64,000 bases of DNA from Turneriella sp. (GCA_965279515.1 CBDIID010000003.1:3840001-3904000), one strand, 5' to 3'. Shown: positions 28,968 through 39,884, counted from the stretch's first letter. Numbers and translations: made by a program. The notes: generated by a model not told the origin, from the letters alone.

Positions 28968-30187
28968 GAGTAGTTTTTCCCTGCCCTGTGTCCCCCTCCC
29001 GACCTCCCCCGCATGCGGGGGAGGTGACTCTGGCCAGAAAATTTTATAGAGGCGTGTGTGTCACTTTCGCATTATTGCTCCCCTCTCCGCATGCGGGGAG
29101 GGGATGGGGGTGGGGACTCCTGATGCTCATCCTTTGCCTTCCCCTGGCGGCGCAGACTTTAAAGCCCGCCGACCCTGCGGCTGATCCGACAGGTATTACT
29201 GGCCCGTCGACGCCGATGGATTTTCCGGCGCCTGGCGAAGGGGCGGCTATCGGTAAGATGCCCAAGGTCGAAGGCACTCTGGCGAAAATCCGCGCGAAAT
29301 ATTTTTATCTCGGCGAGTTGACCTGGCGCGGTGGCATTCTCCTGACGAAAGAGACCACCGACTGGGGCGAATCGCGTAAGACTGCCATTGAACAGGATAT
29401 CTTCCGCCGGGCGAGTCAATCCAACAACTCGACGAATGTTACGGTGCCGATGGCGCAGAACAACGCCATGAATTATATGGTCGGTATCGAAGGTCTCTTG
29501 GGCGTCAATCTCGACCAGTTACCCGGTTTGCGCGGCATCAACGCTCTTAAAGATAAGAAATTCTTCCGCATCGGCTTTCATGCCTATATGGCGCCGTTCT
29601 ACAAACAGACAACGCAGACAATCAGTGGCCCGTTTGCCTACTACGATGCCAATGCGCTGGTGCCGACCCGTACCTATGACGGCCAGGTTCAGGTGGATGA
29701 AAATCTGCTGACCGTTTCTCCGGGCATGAGCTTCTTCTATTGGTATGAGAAGGGGCTATTTGATCGCCGGCTGATGCCCTATTTAGGGGTCGAAGTGGGG
29801 CTTTCCCTGATTTATGGTAAACGAAAGTACACTTTAATGGCACAACCATACTCCTATGTGGAATCTAATAGTACGACGTCATCGTACCGGGTTGAGGCCA
29901 ACTTGCAAGAGAGCATTATCAATGATTTCGGCTTTCGTGTTATGCCCGCAATCGGCTTCCAGTTTCATGTATCGGGCGGGCATTATTTAGACTTGCGCGT
30001 GGGATACCAGTTGCAAGAGTATAATGTGACGCTCAACCGCCGGGGCTCCCTGACCGAGACAAAAACCTATGCCGACGGCAGTTTTGCGGTAACCTGGAGC
30101 GAAGATTTTCTTACTAAAACCAAGACGGCTAAGGTATCACAGAGCGGTATCGTGATACTTTTAGGCTATACCGCGGGGTTATTTTAG
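28964..30187 (+). CDS. Putative outer-membrane beta-barrel, type B2
   Basis: PYLGVEVG strand; C-terminal LLGYTAGLF beta-signal; TTGA overlap; N-terminus carries palindromic inserts. Confidence 0.75.
   Translation: MRVVFPCPVSPSRPPPHAGEVTLARKFYRGVCVTFALLLPSPHAGRGWGWGLLMLILCLPLAAQTLKPADPAADPTGITGPSTPMDFPAPGEGAAIGKMPKVEGTLAKIRAKYFYLGELTWRGGILLTKETTDWGESRKTAIEQDIFRRASQSNNSTNVTVPMAQNNAMNYMVGIEGLLGVNLDQLPGLRGINALKDKKFFRIGFHAYMAPFYKQTTQTISGPFAYYDANALVPTRTYDGQVQVDENLLTVSPGMSFFYWYEKGLFDRRLMPYLGVEVGLSLIYGKRKYTLMAQPYSYVESNSTTSSYRVEANLQESIINDFGFRVMPAIGFQFHVSGGHYLDLRVGYQLQEYNVTLNRRGSLTETKTYADGSFAVTWSEDFLTKTKTAKVSQSGIVILLGYTAGLF
28991..29115. repeat. Inverted pair of REP-like GC-rich palindromes
   Basis: ACCTCCCCCGCATGCGGGGGAGGT (29002-29025, perfect palindrome) and CCCCTCTCCGCATGCGGGGAGGGG (29080-29103), with C-rich/G-rich tails. 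Confidence 0.75.
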
Positions 30188-33100
30188 TGGTAAGGCTTAC
30201 GCCACATAGACATTCCTTCAAAACCTTGCGCCTCGCACTGCTTGTGCCCGTACTTGCGGCCTGTATCGGCCGTGCGACCCCGCCCGAGCAGGTGAAGCTC
30301 ACACAGCAACAGAACGAAGTCCTCGGCAAGTTTGCGCGTCAGGTGGGTGAGAAAGAGATCAATATTCTCCTCAAAGACCCGAATGACACGACGCTGCCGG
30401 GTTTGCCGGTGGGTGACCTGCTTTATATTCTTTCTAAGGTCAATGAAGACAAGTTGATAAAGTTGGTGAAAGGTATCAGCGCAACATCCACACTCGAACT
30501 GATTCTCGCCATTAAACGTGTCGGATGCACGCGCGTGAACGATAATCCGCTACCGGCGCAATATACTTTCGACGCCACCTCGGTAGCCAGCATGAACAGT
30601 TGCAAATGGAATCACTTCCATTTACCCAACATCATGGTGCAGCTCTTAAACGGCATCAATGACAACGGCCTGACGACGCTGATCGATACAGTGAAGCACT
30701 CCTATACAAATCTTGCCTGCGCTTCGAACGCTTCGGGATTCCTGGCCACAGACCAGGCGCTCTGTCCGGCGCCGACGATGATCACCACGCAGCCCGCCAC
30801 GACCGCGCTTGCTGATCCACTCAACGCTCCGTTTAATCCCGCAAACCAGCGCTATAAGGTTTCGGTCGAGCACTATGCGTTTCTCATGAAGATCGCATAT
30901 GTCGCGGCGGGGTTCGATTATCCGCAGCAGGCGACGGACCCTAATTTCGCTTCAGAAACTTTATCGGGACCATCAAAGCTCTATAATCTCATGAATTTGA
31001 CGAACGACGGCAGAGACATGGTCTTTTTGTTGGATTCGTTTGACAAAGGAGTGTGCCCGGGTAGCTGCGTTAATGTCACTACAGGAAACATTCTCACCGT
31101 AACGGCGGCGGGTGGTAATTTGTGGACCGACATACAAAACGGTACTCAATTGTTGAGCCTGAAAAATTTGCTGAGCATCATCGATCAGGTTCAGGATACT
31201 TCAAAGATGGGCATCCTCGTCAATGGTTACCGGCCGGTAAGTGGGCGCTACGATACCAGTTACGATAGTGGGCAATTGCGGTACTATATGGACCGTCTTC
31301 GCGTAGTGCTTGAGCGCACAACAGTATGCACGGCGGTCTCGTATCCCGGAACCGCCGCTGAGCAGGCCTTACAGGATTTTTCTAATCCGCAGGGCGGGGT
31401 GGCAGCTTGGAATACCAAACTTGCGACGTTGATTAACCTGATTTCCATCGCCAATGTCGGGCGGATGATGGATTTGATCTATTTTATCGAAGACGGCTAC
31501 AGCTTAAATCATACGAGTACATTCGCCTGCCCAGGGCGGGGCATCGACAACCTGATGGTCATGCTTAACAACTTGAATAATACGCCGAATATCCATAACG
31601 CGCCGAATACGACGAATAACGAGCTGATTACCGCGGCATACCTGATCGACAATGTTGCGCTGGCGCCACTCGATGCAAACCCGGCAAAACGCAATAAGGT
31701 CAAATACCTCGTAGAGTATATGGGTACAACTCTCGACGTGCTACAATTGGCTTGTTATACTGCCGTTGCGGATCAAGTTGATGGTGTCGCGCCAGCGGAT
31801 GGTACTCCCGAAACCTGCGATAACCGCGGGCTTATCAATCTGACCGCAGACGGTTCAAAACTCACAGATGCCGCCGTTGCAGATTTAACCGCGGCGGGCC
31901 AGAAACTGACCAACCTTTTGGGGCAGATCACGGAAATCGAAGACATGCGCTTTCTTGTGCGCAAGGTCAGCATGTCGAACATGACGCAGATCATCGCCGG
32001 CTTGCAGATCGTCAGCACGATCAACGTCGCAAATCTTGTGAATCAGATTTCCGGATTTGACTGTTGGGGAGAAAATTTTGGTCTCATCAGTACTACTGTC
32101 AACGCACCGGGCGCAGGTTACACCAGCGCGCCTGCTGTAACTTTTGGCGGCACCGGAGCGGGCGCTACCGGTAAAGCGGTCATCGAAACCGATACGCTCA
32201 ATTTTGCCGCAACCCTGGGCCAGGTGAAAGCAGTTGTTGTCCTAAATGCTGGTACTGGTTATAATCCGGCGCCGACCGCAGTGCCGCTCATTCTTACAGG
32301 CGGTGGTGGAGCGGGAGCCAACGTGACGGCACGGGCAGGCAGCTGCAGGTTCAATGCGACACCACCTTTGGAATACCGTGGTTTTCCATCGTCAGCGGTG
32401 GCCGGAGCCACCGGAGCTACCGGTTTAGGCAAAATGGTGAACGTCATCAACCATATCACTGGATCTCCCACCACTGTCGTTACGATGATTAACGGCGTCA
32501 CAGACGGCCAGAAACTGGGTGTGCTCATTAATGGTATTACGCGTTCGAGTAATCTCGTGGGTGTGGTAAATGCCACGGTGGATGCTTCACGCAATAATAA
32601 TGCCACAATGACAGATTTGATAACCCTGTTAAACGGCATCACACTCGCAGATACCTATAAACTTGTGCATATGCTCGATAACCTTGGCAATGCCACGGAA
32701 ATTGATAATCTGATTACGGTACCCAACGGCGATCATGACATGGTGGCCCAGCTGATCGCTCCTTACAGCAGAACGGGAAATTTAGTCGATGCTAATTCCG
32801 GCGTTGGCGTCGCTGCGATGGCCAACCTGGTTTCATCTCTCAGCATGCATGGCGGCGGCGGTTACACCAACGGGGGCACAGTGACGGCTCCCGGCGGGAT
32901 GACGGCTGTGGTCAACGTAGCAACTGTTAACGCAGTAACAGGCATTGAAATGAATAATGTCGGGGCCGGCTGTACTTCGCTGCCGACGGTAACAATAACC
33001 GGCGGAACAGGATCCGGTCTTCAGGTCGCTCCTTATCTGTGGGCGGGACAAGTTCTTCGCATCAATATTCTGAACGGCGGATCTTATACGGTCGCGCCTA

Positions 33101-34344
33101 CTCTGACGGTATCCGGTGGTGGTTGCACCACGACACCGGTGGCAACAGCACGCATTAACGGCATCGGAACCGTGACTGTGACGAATGGCGGTACCGGTTA
33201 CAATAATAACGGTATTGCACTGACAATCTCTGCCGGCCCGGGCGCCGGTGCGGTGTTAGTCCCGACAGTCAGCGGTACAATTGAAGCGCCGGCATTCCCT
33301 GGCCTCGGATCTTATTCGAGCGGAACACGTTATGTTACAGGTAATATTTGTCCGATTACCGGAGCCGGAGGTTCCGGAGGAACCTGCACTATCGTGGCAG
33401 GCGCTACAGGCAATCTTACGGGTTGTAGCGCGATTAGCGGGGGCAACAATTATGGTGTGGGCAGGGTTGTTAAAATCGGCGGCGGAGCGACTGCAGTTGC
33501 CGCAGTTTCAGGCGGTAATATAGCTACCGGCTTAGGTAGTGCTGCCGGTGGGTTGAAAATTGTTGATACCGGCTGCGGTTACGGCGCAGCTCCGGCGATT
33601 CAGGTTATCGGTTGCACGACGCCTCCAACGGTCGCTATCGTGTTTGACGGCGTTTCCGGTCGCGTGACGGACTTGAACGTCACCGCCCCCGGAAGCGGAT
33701 GCACTACTGGCGTTAAGGTGCGTATCGGTGAATCGCCTTATGCTTACCATTCTGACGGCGCAACCGCCATTGTTCAGAATGTAACTGCTGCTTCCGGAAA
33801 AGTCAGTGCCATCAGTGTTTCCGAAGCTTCCGTCAACGCGGCGCAGTTAGTGCAGCTTCTCGACCGTGATGCTACGGGTGGTGGTATCGCGTTCAACTAC
33901 CGTGCCGACGACGCCACTTGGACACCCACTTCTGCCTGTAGTGGCAGCGGGCTGGTGCCGACGGTCGGCGTACCTTGCACAGGCACGGATACGCTGCGTC
34001 CCAATATTTCGACGCGCGAGGCTATGGTGCGCCTATTGCACCACGGTGTTTCTCCGACGACGACCAGTGCGAAGGGTTTTTTTAACGGTGCTGGCGGAGT
34101 CGGCCCCGGAACTTTGGCGCTTGATTGGCCGGGGCTCGGACCGCAGTACATAGCAGGCGCAATTCTGAATAACGTCGGTAGCGCCTCAACGCAGACACTG
34201 GTTACCCTTATGAACAGCGATACGATCTCTCTTGAAGATACCATTATTCTCCTGGGCTGCGGAGATCATTCAACTTATTCCAATGGCTGGACGACATTTT
34301 CGTGGCAGCAGCTCTGCACCGCTGTCGGCCCCGGCATCTGGTAA
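30187..34344 (+). CDS. Giant repeat lipoprotein G2 (1385 aa), paralog of G1
   Basis: Lipobox LAAC; 13-aa helical repeats; GxGYTxAP-type beta repeats; shares C-terminal REAMVR.LHHGVS...GCGDH with G1. Confidence 0.85.
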   Translation: MVRLTPHRHSFKTLRLALLVPVLAACIGRATPPEQVKLTQQQNEVLGKFARQVGEKEINILLKDPNDTTLPGLPVGDLLYILSKVNEDKLIKLVKGISATSTLELILAIKRVGCTRVNDNPLPAQYTFDATSVASMNSCKWNHFHLPNIMVQLLNGINDNGLTTLIDTVKHSYTNLACASNASGFLATDQALCPAPTMITTQPATTALADPLNAPFNPANQRYKVSVEHYAFLMKIAYVAAGFDYPQQATDPNFASETLSGPSKLYNLMNLTNDGRDMVFLLDSFDKGVCPGSCVNVTTGNILTVTAAGGNLWTDIQNGTQLLSLKNLLSIIDQVQDTSKMGILVNGYRPVSGRYDTSYDSGQLRYYMDRLRVVLERTTVCTAVSYPGTAAEQALQDFSNPQGGVAAWNTKLATLINLISIANVGRMMDLIYFIEDGYSLNHTSTFACPGRGIDNLMVMLNNLNNTPNIHNAPNTTNNELITAAYLIDNVALAPLDANPAKRNKVKYLVEYMGTTLDVLQLACYTAVADQVDGVAPADGTPETCDNRGLINLTADGSKLTDAAVADLTAAGQKLTNLLGQITEIEDMRFLVRKVSMSNMTQIIAGLQIVSTINVANLVNQISGFDCWGENFGLISTTVNAPGAGYTSAPAVTFGGTGAGATGKAVIETDTLNFAATLGQVKAVVVLNAGTGYNPAPTAVPLILTGGGGAGANVTARAGSCRFNATPPLEYRGFPSSAVAGATGATGLGKMVNVINHITGSPTTVVTMINGVTDGQKLGVLINGITRSSNLVGVVNATVDASRNNNATMTDLITLLNGITLADTYKLVHMLDNLGNATEIDNLITVPNGDHDMVAQLIAPYSRTGNLVDANSGVGVAAMANLVSSLSMHGGGGYTNGGTVTAPGGMTAVVNVATVNAVTGIEMNNVGAGCTSLPTVTITGGTGSGLQVAPYLWAGQVLRINILNGGSYTVAPTLTVSGGGCTTTPVATARINGIGTVTVTNGGTGYNNNGIALTISAGPGAGAVLVPTVSGTIEAPAFPGLGSYSSGTRYVTGNICPITGAGGSGGTCTIVAGATGNLTGCSAISGGNNYGVGRVVKIGGGATAVAAVSGGNIATGLGSAAGGLKIVDTGCGYGAAPAIQVIGCTTPPTVAIVFDGVSGRVTDLNVTAPGSGCTTGVKVRIGESPYAYHSDGATAIVQNVTAASGKVSAISVSEASVNAAQLVQLLDRDATGGGIAFNYRADDATWTPTSACSGSGLVPTVGVPCTGTDTLRPNISTREAMVRLLHHGVSPTTTSAKGFFNGAGGVGPGTLALDWPGLGPQYIAGAILNNVGSASTQTLVTLMNSDTISLEDTIILLGCGDHSTYSNGWTTFSWQQLCTAVGPGIW

Positions 34345-34411
34345 CAACCAGCCGGTTCGTATTCTCTTGACGTAGCGCCCGGTGATTACCGGCTGAATCC
34401 AAGTTCGTCAT

Positions 34412-36277
34412 TTGAAACTGCTCCAGACATACCTTCTGTTTTCTGCATTGCTGTTCTCTTACCACGCCGTCTTCCATATCCTGTTTTTGCAGAAAGCTGC
34501 CACTCCGCTTGCCTGGTTCGTTGCGCTGCGCTACACGGCAGCCACCGTTTCTGCTGCGCTTTTTGTTCCCGGGCTGATCTATCTGATCGCAGGCAGGGTA
34601 TCCCTCTTGAAAAAGGCGGTATTATATTTTGCCGGCATTTTGCTGTTTTTTTCCAGCGTTATTCTCGCGGGCGATCTTGTGTATTACCGCCAGGCGGGTA
34701 AACATATCACCGTCGAGTTTGCCCTTGCACTGCATAACTTCGGCGAAATCGCAGGCATGGCGCTGCGCGAATATCTTGTCCTGCTCACTGTGACGATATG
34801 TTGCGGCGCGATATTTCTGTATCTCTGGCAGCGCCGCATACAGGGGCAATTTGCCCCACCATGGAAGTTGTGGGTTCGGGCTTGTGCGGCGGTCTTGTTT
34901 ATTTTGCTGAGTCTCGTGGCTTTCCGCGGCGGCTTACAGGATCGCCCGATGCGTCCCGCCGATGCCTATCAGTATTTACCCCAGGTCGAAGCTGATTTTG
35001 CTCTGAACGGACTCTACACCGCCCTGTATGCTTCTTACCACCGGGAAGACTTTCCCGCACGCGGCGATCGGGAAAGCGTTCTTCTGACGCGCTCTCTTTT
35101 AGGGGGCCCGCAGGAACAATTTCTCAGCGACGAACTTCCCTTCTACCGCTCCTTTACGCCGGCAGTGCCTGCATTAAAAAAGAATGTCGTTTTCCTCATT
35201 CTCGAATCCTGGTCGGCGCGGCGGCTCGGCGCCTTCGGTGATAAGACAGGCGCGACACCGTTTTTCGACGCCCTCGCGCAGAAAAGTTGGTTCTTCACAA
35301 ATGCTTTTGCTACCGGGCGGCGTTCGATTGCATCTTTGCCTTCGGCGGTGAGTAGTATTCCGACACTCTATGGTTCGCTCTACATTACATCGCCGCATGA
35401 ACAGAATTTCCAACGCGGCATGGGGTCGATCTTCGCCGCGCAGGGGTATTCGACTTTTTTCACTTATGCCGCGAAAGCGGGCTCGATGGGTTTCAACGCG
35501 TTTGCGCGTCTCGCCGGTTTTGAAAATATTCTGACGCGTGAAAATTTTCCGCGCGAGGCGGCGCACGATGGCACCTGGGGCATCTATGATCACGTCATGT
35601 TTTCCCGCGTGCTCGCCGATATCGATGCGGCGCCGAAACCGGTTCTCTCCGTCGCCTATACCTTACACCCGCATCCGCCATTTACCCTGCCGCCCGGTAA
35701 TGAGTTTTTTAAGGCGGATCTACCCCGCGGCAAATATTATAATGCCCTGCGCTATTCTGACAATACACTGCGCGATTTTTTTTCCGCGGCTGAAAAAAAG
35801 CCCTGGTTCAGGGATACGGTTTTTGTGCTCATGGCTGATCACGCTTTCGAAGATGTCCAGGGATATGATGCATTCCATATTCCGCTCATGGTTTATTCGC
35901 CCGGTTTTGTCGCTGCCAGGAAAGACCAGACTGTGGCTTCGGAACTCGATGTCTTGCCGACGCTGATCGATCTGCTGCATCTCAAGACAATGCATGCGTC
36001 GATGGGGAAATCCCTCTCTGCGCCCGGCCCGCATTTCGCCTACATTGACGCCGAACATTCAGGCGGTATCATCCGTGAGAGAAAGGGTGAGCTTATGGCG
36101 CTGCTCTACGATGCGGAAAAATACCGGGGCTATTTTAATATGAGCGAAGACGGGCAATGGCAGAGGGAGAAACACGAAGAGCCGTTTGCCGCTCCCGAAA
36201 TGCAGGCCATGCGGAGTTATATCGCAGTCATGGGTCACGCGGTGGCGAAAAACCGCATTGCTCCCCGTCTGCGGTGA
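34412..36277 (+). CDS. LTA synthase-family sulfatase / phosphoglycerol transferase
   Basis: N-terminal TM helices; RGG, NVVFLILES, HPPF, YSD, ADH and HIP motifs. Confidence 0.88.
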   Translation: MKLLQTYLLFSALLFSYHAVFHILFLQKAATPLAWFVALRYTAATVSAALFVPGLIYLIAGRVSLLKKAVLYFAGILLFFSSVILAGDLVYYRQAGKHITVEFALALHNFGEIAGMALREYLVLLTVTICCGAIFLYLWQRRIQGQFAPPWKLWVRACAAVLFILLSLVAFRGGLQDRPMRPADAYQYLPQVEADFALNGLYTALYASYHREDFPARGDRESVLLTRSLLGGPQEQFLSDELPFYRSFTPAVPALKKNVVFLILESWSARRLGAFGDKTGATPFFDALAQKSWFFTNAFATGRRSIASLPSAVSSIPTLYGSLYITSPHEQNFQRGMGSIFAAQGYSTFFTYAAKAGSMGFNAFARLAGFENILTRENFPREAAHDGTWGIYDHVMFSRVLADIDAAPKPVLSVAYTLHPHPPFTLPPGNEFFKADLPRGKYYNALRYSDNTLRDFFSAAEKKPWFRDTVFVLMADHAFEDVQGYDAFHIPLMVYSPGFVAARKDQTVASELDVLPTLIDLLHLKTMHASMGKSLSAPGPHFAYIDAEHSGGIIRERKGELMALLYDAEKYRGYFNMSEDGQWQREKHEEPFAAPEMQAMRSYIAVMGHAVAKNRIAPRLR

Positions 36278-36294
36278 GCCTGTCGAACCGTTGA

Positions 36295-37278
<984 letters not shown>

Positions 37279-37391
37279 GTTGGCCACCTGACCCGGTCTC
37301 CCCGGGTCGTCGAATCGCCGGCTCGCTCGTCTAACAGACAGTGCGGGCCGGATTTCACTTCACACCTCTGAATCCCGATAATCTATAGACT

Positions 37392-38474
37392 ATGCGCGGA
37401 TTGAAGAACACCCTTCTGGCCGCCGCGCTCTTTGCCTGTAGTCACGGCGCAATCTCGGGATTATCGACATGTAGTCCCATAACGGTTGATGCTCCGACTG
37501 TAGGCCCGATAGTGCAGGAAACTGTCGAAGCGGAGATTTGTAACCAGATCAAGACAAAATTCCAGACGGCCAATATGTCGCAGATTATGAACTACATGGC
37601 CAAGGCGAATACCCTGTCGGGGAAGGGGACGAGCGCGGATTACTGGACGAACCCGCAGGTTTTTACGCTCGGCGCCGGAGCCACGATTTCCGTAAACAAC
37701 ATTACCCCGCCGCTATCTTTTTCCGAACTCGAAACTTTTGCAAAAAAATATAAGGAAAACCCGGTTCCTGACGGGGGAACCGGAGTTGCAGCCAACGCAA
37801 CACTGGGAATCAGCTTCAGGCACATGGGATTTCGACGCCGCGGCTGGTTTGATCCGAAAAATTTTAATGTCTATTTTTCTTTTCTTGTCACGCCGCAGAT
37901 TAACTACCAGACGTACTCTTTTAAGACGACTGCCGTGGGTACGTATATTCAGTACAAGGCCGTGCCGATGCGTAAGACGCCATTTGGTCTTGTGACATGG
38001 GGCGGGGTTGACGTTGGTATCGGTTACAACTTTGCCTCGACGACGCTGGGTGTATCGAGCACGGATACGATTACGTCGGTAGCGTTTTCTACGAACGGCT
38101 ACTCGGGAACATATATGCCCACGGGTACGCTGACGCTTAATTACTCGGCCCACCTGATACCTGTTGAGATATCGACGAATTTTTCGCTGTTATATTTTCT
38201 CTCATTCGCTGCCGGTATCGCTGCGGATATTCATCTGCTGAGCTCGGCGGAAATCACCGCCAATATCGATGGTAAGATAAAGATCGACGGTTATGGCCAA
38301 GGCGCCGACTATGCGAAATTTACGCAGAGTGAGAGCGCGAAAATCACAACGGTCGGCTTTCGGGCGTTTTTCGGGCCGCAGATCAATATCTGGAAAATTC
38401 GGGTGTTCTCCCTGTTGCATATCACAAGCGATAAGAGTTATGCCGCGACCGTGGGGGCACGTTTCTCATGGTGA
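37392..38474 (+). CDS. Putative outer-membrane beta-barrel surface protein (leptospiral Lsa36-like, tentative)
   Basis: Signal peptide; N-terminal Cys pair; alternating beta-strands; C-terminus VGARFSW. Confidence 0.6.
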   Translation: MRGLKNTLLAAALFACSHGAISGLSTCSPITVDAPTVGPIVQETVEAEICNQIKTKFQTANMSQIMNYMAKANTLSGKGTSADYWTNPQVFTLGAGATISVNNITPPLSFSELETFAKKYKENPVPDGGTGVAANATLGISFRHMGFRRRGWFDPKNFNVYFSFLVTPQINYQTYSFKTTAVGTYIQYKAVPMRKTPFGLVTWGGVDVGIGYNFASTTLGVSSTDTITSVAFSTNGYSGTYMPTGTLTLNYSAHLIPVEISTNFSLLYFLSFAAGIAADIHLLSSAEITANIDGKIKIDGYGQGADYAKFTQSESAKITTVGFRAFFGPQINIWKIRVFSLLHITSDKSYAATVGARFSW

Positions 38475-38968
38475 AATTTCTGCTGCCCGTATTGGTCGTC
38501 TTCGTAGCGTGTACGAACTCATTCGTCATGAAACCCAAAACCACGGGCAAACCTATCATGGTCGGCGAGATACGCCAGATTGGCGGTGAAAAGAAACCGC
38601 ATGATGCCAAACGCCCGCCCGATTTTTCGACGGAGATTGAGATTCTTGATACTCCCACATCGCCCTCTTTTGACTGGGAAATAAAACAGGCAGGCAAGCT
38701 CGATGACCGTCTTGCCGCAGCGACGCAGCTGGGTGAGCGCGACGCGCAGATCACGGAATTGAAGTTCGGCAGCTATGTTTTTTTTCCGATACTGCTTTAT
38801 TTTGACAAGGACTGGATCCGTGTTTCGGGGTATACCGAACCGCTGAACTTCCCGGTGCCCGAACGTGTCTACCGCATATTAGATCCCGTCGTCCGCGATA
38901 AATCGGGTAAGAAAACCAAGACGAAAAAAGAAAAGAAAAAACCGACGAAGAAACGGAGGCGCGGATGA
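38468..38968 (+). CDS. Hypothetical lipoprotein with basic tail
   Basis: Lipobox FVAC; Lys-rich C-terminus; coupled to neighbouring genes. Confidence 0.6.
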   Translation: MVKFLLPVLVVFVACTNSFVMKPKTTGKPIMVGEIRQIGGEKKPHDAKRPPDFSTEIEILDTPTSPSFDWEIKQAGKLDDRLAAATQLGERDAQITELKFGSYVFFPILLYFDKDWIRVSGYTEPLNFPVPERVYRILDPVVRDKSGKKTKTKKEKKKPTKKRRRG

Positions 38969-39393
38969 AATTGCGAATCGTAATCCTCTGCGCCGTAATT
39001 TCCGGCGGTTTTGGCTGTGTCGGCAACCGGCAGACCGTTAAGCTGAATGGACTCGACTACGCGGTATCGATGACGCCGACGATTTACGGCAACGACGGCG
39101 GTATCCGCGCCGACGGCGTGGGTTTGCAGGTAGTGGGTGACATTGAGGTCTCGCACCGCTACTGGTCGCTGGTCTACAGCTTTGTGCCGCTCGGCGACAC
39201 AAAACAACAGATTCAGAATTTTAACCGGATCATCGAGTCACGCGGCGGCCACGGTGTCATTAATTTTGAAATCGAGAACGAAGGCTGCGATATGAACAAT
39301 TTTGCGTATGTGATCGTTCCGGCCGTGTTGCCGTTTTTTCCGGGTTGCAGCAAGATTACCCTGCGCGGAAAAATCGTCAAACAGGTGAATTGA
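38965..39393 (+). CDS. Hypothetical small lipoprotein (TRL/Bor-like)
   Basis: Lipobox GFGC; GGHGVIN motif and final ..GK(I)VK strand; ATGA overlap. Confidence 0.6.
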   Translation: MKLRIVILCAVISGGFGCVGNRQTVKLNGLDYAVSMTPTIYGNDGGIRADGVGLQVVGDIEVSHRYWSLVYSFVPLGDTKQQIQNFNRIIESRGGHGVINFEIENEGCDMNNFAYVIVPAVLPFFPGCSKITLRGKIVKQVN

Positions 39394-39440
39394 AAAACAA
39401 TCTTTATTGACGTCCCTCGTCTGCGGTGTGTTCGAGTGTT

Positions 39441-39884
39441 ATGGCGAAACCGACGCGCAAAAAGCCGATAAAAAAGAAAAAAATTCCGAAGCCCGTGAAG
39501 AAAAAAACACCGGCGAAAAAGACAGCCGGCAAAACCGCAGGCAACGCCGCGGGAATGCACGACGCCCGCGAAGTCGTGCACGAGCGCCGCTTCGAGACGC
39601 GCACCCTCGTCAGCAAGGTAACGTTTGCCGCGCTCTCCCTGAAAACTGAAAATTTCGGCGGCGCGGACTATACTTTAACAGTCGATATCAGCGGACTCCT
39701 GGTCGATGTTTCTTCAGGGGGATGCAGCCTCGTATTTATGAAGGCGAACCCGATTGCGTTAAAACTCAAACGCGAGATGCAATGTGTCGTGCAAATTGCA
39801 CCCGATGCCCCGCGCGTGGCCACGCTGCGCTGGATTAAGGATTTGGACAGCCGCCTGATCAATGCCGGTTTGGCTTTCAGTTGA
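39441..39884 (+). CDS. PilZ-domain protein with Lys-rich N-terminus
   Basis: RRFETR (RxxxR) and DVSSGG (DxSxxG) c-di-GMP motifs; LRW...GLAF end. Confidence 0.75.
   Translation: MAKPTRKKPIKKKKIPKPVKKKTPAKKTAGKTAGNAAGMHDAREVVHERRFETRTLVSKVTFAALSLKTENFGGADYTLTVDISGLLVDVSSGGCSLVFMKANPIALKLKREMQCVVQIAPDAPRVATLRWIKDLDSRLINAGLAFS

Noticed and set aside
21213..34344. Prophage or contractile injection system
   Set aside because: No capsid, terminase, sheath, tube or integrase genes; the proteins carry lipoprotein or Sec signals
34385..34411. GCTGAATCC resembling the start of a ydaO riboswitch
   Set aside because: Rest of the motif is absent and there is no room before the CDS
37290..37352. Hairpins after mdh as an ncRNA
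   Set aside because: Short imperfect stems, compatible with an ordinary terminator region
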